From Gordius albopunctatus (lineage: Eukaryota), in contig OZ193910.1 in NCBI GenBank assembly GCA_964276515.1, forward strand, positions 4,898,001 to 4,962,000: a stretch of 64,000 bases of DNA, written 5' to 3'. The notes below the pieces were generated by a model. That model saw only the letters and a list, made by a program, of their open reading frames with translations, ran no database searches and was not told where the DNA came from. Of the stretch, positions 49,906 to 62,329 are shown in pieces (the first letter of the stretch is position 1; each line of letters opens with the position of its first letter). A program made the translations under genes and the position numbers.

Positions 49906-50515
49906 CACGGTTCAACAAGAAAAATAAAGGCAAACTGCAGATTCTGGTAGAGTTTTTCACGGTGAACACAAATATGTTTTTAGTTTTTTACCTATACGTC
50001 AAGTTTTTTAAATATTCGCTGTCAAATTTGCGAAAAACGCGATTTTAGCGTTTTTCAAACGTCAATAACTTGCAAATTAGTCGGTAAAAATTTTATTTAG
50101 TAGATTTAATGCGTAGAGATAGAGGAGAGGAATGTATTTACAATTTTTTTATCGTAGCACTTTTACTTTTTAAATTATATACAAAATTAATTATCCCTAT
50201 CTTTTACATTGAAAAATTACACCAGACTTGAGGGCGACCTCCCTTCTCTCCAACACTAGGAATTAAGTGCGTGTTGTTGTTTTGGTAATAGTAGTAGTAG
50301 AGTAGATAAACAAAAATTTTTACCCACTAATTTGCAAGTTATTGACGTTTGAAAAACGCTAAAATCGCGTTCTTGGCAACTCTGACAGCGAATATTTAAA
50401 AAACTTGACGTATAGGGAAAAAACTAAACATATTTGTGTTCACCGTGAAAAACTCTACCAGAATCTGCAAATAGTTTGCAGGTTAATTAACAAGTTCATT
50501 ATTTGTTGACCAGTG
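49906..50515. mobile_element. 610-bp foldback MITE with ~190-bp TIRs, Chapaev3/CMC-like
   Basis: TTA|CACGGTTCAACAA ... TTGTTGACCAGTG|TTA. Arms ~49935-50095 and ~50312-50469 are nearly perfect reverse complements. Confidence 0.8.
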
Positions 50516-51580
50516 TTATTTAAAACTTATCTCACTTTATTGGCAATTAATTACTACGGCGAAATTTTAACTGAGTCTAACAATTTTTGACAGAGCAAAA
50601 TATTTAAATAGTTTATTATGTCAACTTATATAAAACCCTTTCAACATATTTAATATTTCATGTAGTTTTTATGACCAATATAACGATCTTAAAATGTGTA
50701 TCAATAACTTAGCTAAACAGGCTCCCCACCCCTAAACTGAAAAATTGTGGTTCCTTTAATTCTCTCGGGTAAAATATTTTGAGCATTGTATTTAATTGAA
50801 ATAATACTAAATAAATTTATTTTATAATAAGCTTGGATTTTTTTAACTTTTATGCTTCATTTTTTCCTAACAGGCACTACTTTAAAAATGTCAAGCGAAA
50901 TTTTAACTTAACCTTTTAAATGATGGCTTTGGTCAAATAGGTATTTAAACCATTTTTGTTTGTTAACAGTTGTTATTCTTAAATTAAAAAGGCTCTTTAA
51001 AGGTTTCTCTATTTCAAATTATAAGAAGAAATTAAAACAAAAAATCTATGCTTTAGAATATATTTAATGAAAGTTGTAGTTCCTCAAATATCAATTGATA
51101 TAATACCAATTTCTTTGCATGTTAATTTTCCAAAATCAAACCTATTAGCCTATTGGCGACGATTGAAATTTGGGTTTAAAAGCAATGCTTCAATACTATT
51201 TTGCAAATATTTTTGAGCGCATCGCGCAGATGATTTTTTCAATCTCAGCTGTTAACCTTGTGGGGACATGCAAGAATTGTTTAACAAAAAATATAGGACG
51301 GTTAGATTGTTAGGCAGTGAGATGCACGCATGAACTAGAATCATGACTGGACTTGCCTATTGTAGATTCAATTGCGAAATCCTGAAATGAATTGCTCAGG
51401 GACTGATTCCAATCATAAAATTTTTGAAGGATAAAGTTAAGATAATATTACAGCAACTTCCATAATGCCAAATTTAAACTCAAAACTTTTATTTAAATAA
51501 TCAAATTCGTACAAAAAAAGATTAATATATATTTTATCCTTCTGTCCCAGGGTTAAAAATGCTTATAATTTCGCCACAGC

Positions 51581-52876
51581 CAGTGGCTTAGCTAGGGGAG
51601 AGCCAAGGGGGCCAAGGCTCCTCCAAGAGCAAAATTATGGCCCCTTAGGCCTCTCAAGGGAAAAATTCTGGCCCCGTTGCCCCCCCAAGCAATTATTAAA
51701 TATATCATAATTTAATTAAATAGTTTATAAATGTATAAATCTTATTTATGAGCTTAGTGACTTATTTTTATTAAATTTCCGCTTTGTTATTTATTAACAA
51801 GCAATAAAAAGGGGGCGATTATAACTTTACTTTTTTAAAGCTCTGTATATTATTTGGAATTGGAGTAATACCAAATTGTTAAAAGATGCTATATAGTTTT
51901 ACTTTTACCAATGATTTCCTTTTACAAAAATTAACATTTTTCTTGTTAATACACGTTCTATTTTGGGATTTAATAAATTTGCACAAACTCACTTTACGCC
52001 ATGCATTTTATTTAGCCATGATATAATCTTTTAATTACATAGTTTTGTTGTTATTTAGCTAAGTACATTTTTCATTACAAATAACATTTATTTTATTGCA
52101 ATTAATTTCAATTACACGAGAAAAATTACCCGTAAGCTTTTGCTTTAAAGTAAAAAACGGGGACGTGGCATAATATAACCTAGTGAGCTCGGGCCGTGCA
52201 TAGAATAAATAAGATCCACAGAGCCCAAAATCATAAAGATTTTTATTGTATTATAAAGTATAAATAAAGTGTGTTTTTATGATGTTTTAGATGAAATTAG
52301 AAAATTTATTAAATTAACAAAGGAAAAGGTTATTTTCTCATTACTTCATTCATCAATATCTCAACGTGCGTTTCAGATTGATAAGTGTTAATTAGAGAGT
52401 ATATAATATAGACGTAGTCCACTCCAATTCTACCCTTTTAAAGTCTATAAACTTTAGAGTAGGCTAATTTAATATTTAGATAAGTATGAATATTATTAAC
52501 ATCTCTATTGATCATACAATAAAATAAAACAATCCATTATTATAGGATGTAAAATAAGTCTTTGTTTCCGGCCCTCAGCGAGGGCTTTGTGAAAATTTAG
52601 CCGGTCGGGTGGGGTCTATGAGAGACCGGTTGCAGGTCTATAATTTGGCATTTCCATGTGTAAGTCGAACAAAGGTAAACGAAAGAGGGAAGACCATGGA
52701 CTTAAAAAGGAACGAGTTCAAGTAAATTTTCAAAAAAAAAACTACTATAAGGAATAGCTGATTATCAAGTTTGACAAATGGATATGGAAATTATTTTTAT
52801 TAGCCATTGACCCTTCCTCATTGGTTTAAAGTTTTTTTTTCGGCCACCCAAGAAAAAAATGATAGCTATGCCACTG
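51581..52876. mobile_element. ~1.3-kb non-autonomous hAT-like element
   Basis: TIR CAGTGGCTTAGCTA / TAGCTATGCCACTG; degenerate TSD (GCCACAGC vs ACCCCTGC, 5/8). Confidence 0.55.
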
Positions 52877-53507
52877 ACCCCTGCTCAAAAATTCAGCCAA
52901 TGACATATAGCATTTGATATGAGTTTCGATAAGATTCAAACTTTAAAGCTTAGATTTGAATGAAGCTAGAAATTCATGAAGATTGAGGCAACACAAAATA
53001 GTTATAAAAAATTGTATTTTTTATTGTAATATAATAAGTTGTACAATTCAACACAAACCAAAATTTTATAGTAGATGGATCAACGCTGTGTACTTTTACA
53101 ATCATTTATTATAAATAGATTTAATATACAGCAAATAATTTTATATAACATGGTTGTTGTTTTGCAATAAGCATTATTCGTTCAATATGAAATTTAAAAG
53201 AGAGAAAACTGATTTGGAACATATTATTGATATGTACGCGAATGTATAAATCCAGGTATAAAAAGACCAATTGGCCATTATAAGTTTGGCAAACGGAAAA
53301 AATTTCAGCAGCCTTTCACTGTCTCCTCGTCTGAATAAAATTAATCGCCCACCCCCATTCAAGGGTAAACAGCTAATTAGGCATGTGTATGTATATAAAA
53401 TCAGATAAAGTTTGTTATTTTTTCACTCTGAATTATAGAGTGCAGTGAATTAAAAATATTTAGGATTTATAAAATGATGGTGTCTCTTATCAAAAATATA
53501 TTTTAAT

Positions 53508-54741
53508 AAACTCGGGCCTTCGGCCCTCGTGGGAAGGGGGAGAGGGGAAAGGAAGGGAAGGGGGGAAGGAGATGCAGGAGGGAAGGGGATGGGAACGAAA
53601 CTCATCTATACTCCGTATAAACGTAGCATATTTGCTATCCAATTTATGGGCAAGAAAGGTGGGAAGGAGCGAGAATGCCTATAGGGTGGTATAAAATGCA
53701 AAATGATTAGTTAATTATTTATACAAGTATTTAAAAAGTTAGATTTTTGTAAAACCTGCTATTATTGAGGAATAGGTTTTCTTTCATTCATTCTTATTTA
53801 TGAACTTCTAAATTAATCAAAATGACGAAAGAAACGCAAATAGAGGGTATTACCTTGGAAAAGCCAATAGTCATCCTTCCAAGACATACAACTTTCAATT
53901 TAGAGTTTTTCTGATACTGTATAAATTTAAACAATTTGGTCTAGGCGACCCATAATTTGAATTATGACTATAGACTTTAGACTCTATTCAAATCATGCAC
54001 ATATGTATAGTATAAACAAGATATTAAAAAACGAAAAAAATTTCCAATCATACCTTGACCATTGGTCATTTTTTCCATTGACTAGAACAATATATTTATT
54101 TAATTAAAAAATAAGCCTTTGTGAGGGGGGGTACAGGGTCCCATATCAGTAGAGGGATAGGCCTTTCTACGGGAGGGCATAGGGTAATTATCAATGTTAA
54201 CCTAATATACCAATTCAAAAACGAAAAAAAATTTCGAATCACAATTTGGCCAATGGTTATTTTTTTCATTGATCAGTAGCCAGCGGTCGGCCAAAAAGTC
54301 ATATTATTATCAATGGTATTAACAAAAAAAATATATTAATTTAATTCAAAAAAATAAAAAATGTTGCCCTCTTCGGGTATCGAACCAGCAATTAAGATAT
54401 ACAACAGCAAATTTCGGCCATCTAAATTAAAACAAATAATAGATGGCGGTATAAAAGAGGTAACACAAGACATCATATAGCTTCATAATTAGATACAGAC
54501 GAATAATAAAAGTTACATTATATGTAAAATGAAAAAATAATAATTTGTATTTATTTGTGTTGTGTATACCACATTTAAAGATACATAAAATAAATTTGAC
54601 ACAATCTTTCTTAAACACCATAAATAAGATATACAAAATATCGTGCATTATATATAGCTATCGTGATTATCGAAATGTTGGACAGACAACGGACAACGGA
54701 CGGACAACAAAAACCGAGCCCATAAATTGCATAGCAATTAA
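53508..54741 (-). mobile_element. HINE/DINE-like element copy 4, full length
   Basis: Hairpin GGGCCTTCGGCCC at 53514-53526, subterminal IRs at ~53632 and ~54719-54737, GGAC microsatellite at ~54680-54706, B-box-like motif at ~54375-54386. Confidence 0.8.
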
Positions 54742-55201
54742 TAGATGCTTTAGCAAGAGATTGTCATTTGACCTAAATATGTTCAACTCTTAGAAATTTG
54801 AACTATCATTTAGCAATTGTGTAATTTAAAGTACAGCATTTATTTTTTCCCACTTAGATTTATCTAAACATTTTTTGGAGTATAAGAATTAGGAAGGATA
54901 GCAATAATTTTTATAATTTAGGTTTTCATAATTATTAATTTATATTTTTTTATCATTATTTATAGTTCATCTATTTTTACTGATGGTGATCCTCAAAACT
55001 ATTTTTATGGTTTTGTTAAAAATAATGATACTAATAAATATAAAGATAAAGATTTATTAAGAGCCAGGGGATGGGTATATATAAAACAAAGTTTTTAAGA
55101 CAAAAGAAAATAAAAAAGATTAAAACATATGTTTTTCTGTCAACTCGGATTTTGGCTTAAAGTATTAAACTATATAATTATAGCAATAATATAATCTGTA
55201 T

Positions 55202-58200
55202 TAGAGATCTGCAACGGGCCGTTTTTAGAAGGTCGGCCCGCCCGTACCCGTTTTTAAAATTTTAAGGCCCGTCCGGGCCCGCCCGTAATTTTTTTTCAAC
55301 ACTTCAGGCCCGTCCGAGCCCGTCCGTAAATTTTTTAGGCCCGTCCGAGCCCGTCCGTAAATTTTTCAGGCCCGTCCAAGCCCGTTAAAAATTTTTTTAA
55401 ACGAACTCCGCGTCCGTCCCAATTCATCAAAAATTTCACAAAATTTTATTTAATTTTTTGACATATTCATAGAAAGACATCAATAATTATCATGTAAAAA
55501 TAATAAATCATCAATAATTTCTGGTTTTAGGCGAGTTCGCCTTTCTTCTACAATCCTTCCTGCAGTAGAAAAATTTCGCTCGCTGGTGGCACTCGTAGCC
55601 GGTATACATAATATCATATGTGCTAAATGTGCTAATTTAGGATATCTATTAAAGGATAAAATTAATTTTAAATATAATACTTGTCCTCTTTGGCTTTCCA
55701 CCATTTTAACAGATCGAAATCTGTCTCAAACTCAATAGTTTCATTTAAATATTGACTAAACTCATCCGCCACAGGATTATGATCATCATGTTCCCATTCA
55801 GAAAAAATTGTTTTCGGTCTCTTACCTTATATATATATAAATAAAAAATTCTAAGTACTTGCGAGAGATGTCTTTGAGCCGAGTAAAACAGAAGATTTTC
55901 TTATATAGACAAACCCTTCTTGCTCTATAATATTTCTTATATCTTGATATATGTCTAGTTTTTCTGCTTCAGGTATCATCTTCATTTGTCTAAACTTTGG
56001 ATGCAAGACCGAGGCTATTTTGTGATACCGATGAACTACCATTTTTTCTTTAATAGCTTCTTTTAAACGGTTCTTTATTATGTTGACTTGTCCGCCGTAT
56101 AAATCGTAATCGGACATCGCATTAATTAATTTAATTTTCCATAAGAAGACATATGGTAGGGTTGGTTCTAGATCAGCCTCCAACTGAAGAGAAGCCTCTT
56201 TAAACGGCTGCAAGACGTCTATTAAAGATTTCAACAGCATTTTATCTATATATTCCAGATATGAAATTTCATTTCGTTGTTCCAAGATAGCTTCAACTTC
56301 GTCATAGACCTTATAAATAGAATTCAAAAGGGTAAATTTTGAGTTCCATCTTACAATTACATCTTGATGCAAGGTATGGGACAGCTTGCTATTGAGTCCA
56401 CTTTGTTTGAAATGCCTGACTAATTCTTTAGAGGCATTCATGAGTCTATAAATAACCGTGGCTTCTTGATTTAAGAAAGAATCATTAAAGGCCATTTTTA
56501 TTATATTATTTATAAGGTGGGCTGCACAATTTAATCTTCTATAATTTGCTAATGCATTGACAATGTTAGCACCCTGATCAGTGACAAATATTAATTTAAG
56601 GGCTTCTTCATTGGTGATGCCAAAAGTCATTAATTTGTTTAATAGTTCATTTCTAATATTTTCCCCTGATTTTTTTTCATGCTTAAAAGGAGTTGTAAAT
56701 AATATTTTTTTCCTCAGGCTAACATTTATATAATGAATACTTAATGTGAGAAAACTGATTTTTGTATAATCAGATGTCCACATGTCCGTTGTGGCCGCGC
56801 AAAGCCCTTTCTGAATGTAATGTTTTATATCTGGAATTATAAAAAGTCGAAGTCTTTCAGCCTCATCTTTTACATGGCGACTTATAGTTGATGGATGAGG
56901 CATGATTTCTCGCACATTTATAAGCCCCTTAGTCGACAAACTATCTGCTAAAAACTGGCAAAACCCAACAAAACCTTCTCCTGATAAAGTTTCAAATGGC
57001 CGTATATCTTTTGAGCAAAATTTTATAGCCTGATTTATGATTGATTTTTTAATTTTTTCTTTTTTTAAGGGGTTTATTTTATTCATATAATGATCTAGTG
57101 TTAGGCTATTTTGTTTTTGGGTTGTACATTTGTGGGGTTTTAAATGTGATGTACCACTTGTTGATTTATATGAAAGCATTTTTTTGCAATTTTTGCATAT
57201 GCAGGCACTAATTGATTCACCATTAACATCCATTAAGGGATCAAATTGTTCCCAAACTTTACTTTTAAGCTTGTGATTTAAATTTATTTTATATACACCT
57301 TTTTCATAATTAGATATGATTGTGGACAAATTATTTGACACTATAATCAAATTTAATAAAAAATTAAGGATGTATCAATAAAGCAAATTAACATTTATTA
57401 TATTGCATATATTTATTATAGATTAAGCCTTTTAATATTAAATTGTTAGTTTCAAAACAAAAAAATACAATTATTAAAGGGATTAGTAAAGCAAAGTGAT
57501 ATAAAGCCAAATATTTAATAAAAACATCTAGAAATAAATACCCTTTTCAACCAAGCTAAATATAGTTAATATTGTAAAATTAATGTAGAAAAATTTAAAA
57601 TAATATAACAAGAAAAATGTGTGAAATATTTAAGCAGTAGAATTTTAAGGCAAAGAATTAAACTTAATTTAATTATAACAAAAAAATACAAAGCTAACAA
57701 AAACTTACATTTAAGTTTGTAATTAAAGTTATATATTATATGGCACTAATAATAATTATAGTAATTTGTGATAAAATTAATCACAAAAGTGTAATTGAAC
57801 TTACTTATAAAAGAATGAAGTTATAGACTTAAAAATCAATAGCAAATCAAAAATGTTTAAAGTCAAATTTAGCGCTTGAAAAATGAATGAATGCTACATG
57901 ATATACAAAATTTAGAAGTTAAAAAATTAATCCTAAATATTTAATAAAAATAATATATTAATTGATATGCAATTTATTGGCTCGCTTTTTGTTTTTTCTA
58001 ATTGTTTTATGTTTAAGCACCTTTGTAACTCAAAGACCTTTTATATAATCTCTGGTTCGTTTAAGCCCACTTATAAAACTTCAGGCCCGTTCAAGCCCGT
58101 TAAAAAAATCTCAAGCCCGCCCGAGTCCGTTCCATTAATTTTTAGGCCCGTCCGTGCCCGGCCCGTTAAAATTTTTATGATACAAGCCCGTCCGTACCCG

Positions 58201-58233
58201 CCCGCGGGCCGGGCTTTTACGTGCAGATCTCTA
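55202..58233 (-). mobile_element. Intact hAT DNA transposon (hobo/Hermes-like), 3032 bp
   Basis: Perfect 12-bp TIR TAGAGATCTGCA / TGCAGATCTCTA; perfect 8-bp TSD ATCTGTAT (55194-55201, 58234-58241); GCCCGT subterminal arrays at both ends. Confidence 0.96.
55480..57340 (-). CDS. hAT transposase, ~597 aa after splicing
   Basis: Exons 57340-55859, 55825-55681, 55645-55480 with introns of 33 and 35 nt. BED finger (VW..F...CKNC...GTSHL..HKC), catalytic TTDMWT and VTDQGANI, CAAH, RWNS, and dimerisation domain LKWWK...YPKLA...PATSATSERNFS. The start codon may be completed by an upstream exon (A at 57805 + TG). Confidence 0.92.
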
Positions 58234-58866
58234 ATCTGTATACAATGATATACAAATATACGTATTCAGATATACAACAGGTTTAGTTTGGAAACTATAC
58301 CAAAAATGGAAATAGATACACTTGGTATTATTAATTTATGATTATAATAAATCTATCTATGTTTTCCGCGTTAATTGCTGATAGTTAAATGCCGGACTTC
58401 AAAGGTACACTCTCAAGCATTTATTTTAAATTGGAGAAGCCATTAGGTATTTTATAATTATTTTGTTTTCATTAAAACATGAATAAATAAATGTAGAGAA
58501 ATAAACCTTTTAAAGGGAATTAACTTTTAGTATATGACTTAATTTATTGAGTAAATTATAAATCTATAACTCGTTACTAAAGTATATGCTAGGGAGATAA
58601 GCTTGTTTGGTCAGGAAGGTCTGAGTTTAATCTAATTAATTGCCATATTGTTAAAGAGTGTCTGGTATTTGTCAGTTTAAACTTTTGCGTGGCTAAAACT
58701 GTAGGGTTCAAGAATTAAAATAAGGGTAAATTTTAAATGATAGGAGCAATTTTAAACATTCATCTATTTTCATTTGAACTTTAAAATCACACCCACTATC
58801 GGATAAGATGAGTTAATTTAAATAAAGTAATCAACTGACTCTTAGTATAATGAGGTCATATCATAA

Positions 58867-58880
58867 GCGCGAGATTTGAA
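58867..58880 (+). promoter_or_regulatory. CDE/CHR-like cell-cycle element
   Basis: GCGC-GAGA-TTTGAA: a CG-rich CDE, 4-nt spacer and canonical CHR, 17 bp upstream of the bHLH ATG. Confidence 0.4.
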
Positions 58881-58897
58881 TTTAAATATCCTAACAA

Positions 58898-59632
58898 ATG
58901 TATAAGGGTAAAAAAGTTCAAAATAATTGGCCAAACCAAATAGTAGCCCATCGTGTTCAGGAGAAGTTAGCTAGTATTATTTTACATATACAAAGTTTTT
59001 AGGATGAGGCATCGTAAGTTAGTAAATCAAACTCTGAGCACAGCTAAATTAGTCCCTGGTCTTGTCGAAAATGGAAAATCCCGAGGCACACTAGTAATTA
59101 AGAAAGAAGAAAATATATTTATATTAGGGTCAAACTTGCAAATATCTTAATGAATATGTAGAATTTCTGCAACAATTAAAGAACATATTATTGTATGAGA
59201 CTCAAACAATAAACTTAACATTACTTAGTAATAATAAAGTTGTACCTTCAGGTTTAATACTAAATCTTTATTAATTAACTAAATGAGTTTAGGTCAATGT
59301 AAGAGGCCTATAACTATAGTAAATTAGTTAAGAATATACCTATATTTATATTTAATAAGGAAATACCTTCACCACAAATGGAAATTGAAATTATGAATGA
59401 TAATGTGCACTATCCTGATTCATCCCATTATCAGAATACAAATATGCACAATGTGTCCTATTGTTTTAATAAAAGTTTTCATGATATTTATCCTTTATCA
59501 TCTCAAGAAATCATGACTAGCGATTCAGGATATGCCGAAATGAATATGACATGTGAAACAACTTGCTCAAATTATTCATTATCAGATCAAGAAGTTTTAA
59601 TGGCTTTGAAATCATATAAAATTGCAAAATAA
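58898..59632 (+). CDS. Divergent bHLH transcription factor-like protein, 193 aa, 5 exons (only the last exon is in the ORF track)
   Basis: Exons 58898-58965, 59003-59093, 59128-59251, 59293-59318, 59360-59632. GT-AG introns of 37, 34, 41 and 41 nt all keep frame. Basic/helix 1 HRVQEKMRHRKLVNQTLSTAKLVPG; helix 2 QTCKYLNEYVEFLQQLK. AATAAA at ~59658. Confidence 0.75.
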
Positions 59633-60234
59633 TTTATAAATAGTAATTTTAAATAGTAATAAAACAATTAATATACCTTTGTACAATTTACGCAAATTTT
59701 ATTTTGTAAATGATTAAACAAATATTGGGACATTGTATATTTGGAAATTACCATTGTTAAAAATCATTTAAAAATATTTTCTAAGTTATATAATCTATTT
59801 AGTCAAACATGTCTAAATAGACACTTTTATTATTTCAACATTGTTGTAAAATATTTTTTAGAAAATAATCATGCCAAATTTTAAGCTTGTATCTGATCCA
59901 ACCCAAAATCTTCTGGCTGGCCTGTCCAAAAATTCTATTATAATATATAATGTCCGGTAGGTTAAAAATAAAAAATTACCCGTAATTTTATAAGGACTAA
60001 GTTTAAACTTAAATTCTTATTTGTTTAATAAATATGTAAGTCACACTACAGAATATTTTGATTATAAGTGAGTTATGCTTATGATAGAGATTATCAACTG
60101 TCCAGGATGATGGCTAGCCAGTGCATCTTGTGAAAACTCAGGTCCGTCCATTATTTTTTTAAGCACTTCAGGCACAGCTTCGACCCGCTCCTTTAAGAAA
60201 TTAAATACTTATGCGCCATTAAAAGGCATTTTAA

Positions 60235-60362
60235 CATGGGTTTAGCCGAGATTGGATTTGGAGGGAGGCAATAATGATCTTGGGGTAGAGAGGGACAGAA
60301 TTTTTATGTAATTTTAGCCATAATTATATTAAATTTTCGATTTATTCCTAGCTACGCCCATC
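60235..60362. mobile_element. hAT-type MITE (CATGGGCGTAGCC family)
   Basis: Imperfect TIRs; perfect TSD CATTTTAA at 60227-60234 and 60363-60370. Confidence 0.8.
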
Positions 60363-61161
60363 CATTTTAATTATATTAATAATAAGGCCTCCTGACTTGT
60401 TGGATTTTTTAAGGGTGTTATAATATTTGAACTTGATCCTTGAGAAATTGCAAAATATCTTCATTCTTAACTCTAGGTGTTGTAATTTGTTTTACACCTG
60501 ATTTTTAATATTAGTCCATCCATTTTTTCGTGCATGAATGGGGTTGTAAATAAGACTTTTTCGAAGTTATAATTTAAAGGATATTTTTGTAATAGTGGCT
60601 CACAGTCCTTTCTAAAAGAAATGTTTTATTGCAAAGATTTGGCACAAGAAAATACTAGAATCGGATCCGAATTTGATTCCTTATATGTAAATTTAGAAAC
60701 TAATATCTATTTGCTGAGAGCCGAAAATTCAAAACAAAAGGACTCGAAAAATTATTTAAATAAATTTTAAATGATCATTTTTTGAAATTTTAACCATAAT
60801 TGCAATAAATTTCAAAGAATTTTTGGATTTATAGGGGGTAGCCGCCCCTCCCTGACAACGCCCTTGCTAACATGATCTAAACACAATTCCATAATGTTCG
60901 TTCTTGAAATTAATTTTAATTCGCTAATATTTATATGGGCGTAGCCAGGAATTTAATTAAGAGAGGGGGTTCAGATTGTAGTAAAGTATAAAATAATGAC
61001 ACCACAAATATTGCATAATAATCCCCGGGGTTTTTATAAGTTTTTCTTGCACCTAAAAACTTTGATCACATAAAAAACCGGAAAACGTTAATTCATTTGC
61101 CATATTAAATACGGGCTAATTAAGCGTTGAAAGGGCCAAGATCATTTATTTATAGTACCAT

Positions 61162-61335
61162 TATGGGCTTAGCCAGGTTTTGGGTTAGGGGGCGGGGGTG
61201 TGAATTTAAAAGTTCAATTAGGGGGGGGGGGAGGGCAAAACATAAAATTGTTTAATTTTTAAGGGTTTTTACGTTGAAATTTTTTTTCGTCATTTAGTTC
61301 GGGGCAGCCGCCCCCCCCCCTTGGCTACGCCCATT
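61162..61335. mobile_element. hAT-type MITE (CATGGGCGTAGCC family)
   Basis: TIR ATGGGCTTAGCCA / TGGCTACGCCCAT; TSD AGTACCAT / ATTACCAT. Confidence 0.75.
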
Positions 61336-62045
61336 ATTACCATCATGCATTCATAATTTAAAATTATTAATAAATAAGGATCCCACCTCTTATAAATTAT
61401 ATGAACCTATATATGGTTGCAATCGGATTGATCGAGGTGATACAAAACGTATCAAAGGGGGAAGCGAAACTTAGAAAGGGGGGGGGATAGATTAAAAACC
61501 GGAAATATTACTTTATCCCCCATTCCACCCTAACTTTCTTTAACTCCCTCATTAAAAAGTCTATTGCTGCTGCAGGCAAGCCAAGCGAAAACACATGATG
61601 ACGAAGAGGATGCTAATAATACTATACTACTATGCCTGTGGTGGCTGTGCTTTACATTACTATACTTCTTATACTATGCTATGCAATATGCATGGTGTTA
61701 TGCGAGGGGCGCTATGCTGTAGAATCGTTTAAAAAATTGACGAGTTTTTCCATGGTATCTATGTAATAATTATTATTATCCCTCTAGAAAAGCAGGGAGT
61801 AACATGTAAAGATTTGAATGGGGTGGTGAATTGTTAAGCAGACAGGAAGTATGGGCTTGTGCTCTTCTTTGCCCCCCCCCCCCCATGTTACTTTTAATTT
61901 GTTGGGAAGGATGTTAGAAGCTTAGAATTGCTACGAGAGTAGAGTAGAGACACTTCAAACTCTTCAAAGGTTAATGTTTCGTGCCTTATTTAATCGAAAT
62001 CAATTTTAGTGAAAATATTTGTTATATATGGGCGTAGCTTTGTGC

Positions 62046-62329
62046 CAGGCGCGTAGCCAGGATTTTCTCAAGGGGTAATAAAAATTCAATTTTTTTTTTG
62101 ACACTTTTATTTATAATGTAATAAAAGTAAACATCGCGTACGCGTACAATATATCCGAAACTTTAGGGCGGTATATAACCAGCTTTAGAAAAATCTCTTC
62201 TATTCATTAATCAGAGCATTTACTATCGATTTTATATATTAAAAAAGGACATGCACCTTCAAAAAAAATTCAAATTTTTGTCAAGGGGGTAGAAAATTCC
62301 CGCTTTCTGTCCCCTTGGCTACGCGCCTG
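62046..62329 (+). mobile_element. Copy of the 282-bp MITE within a MITE cluster (~62027-62730)
   Basis: TIR CAGGCGCGTAGCCA / TGGCTACGCGCCTG; TSD CTTTGTGC / TTTTGTGC. Confidence 0.88.

Noticed and set aside
53174..53362. 62-aa hydrophobic minus-strand ORF as a terminal exon
   Set aside because: No upstream exons or homology found; non-ATG start.
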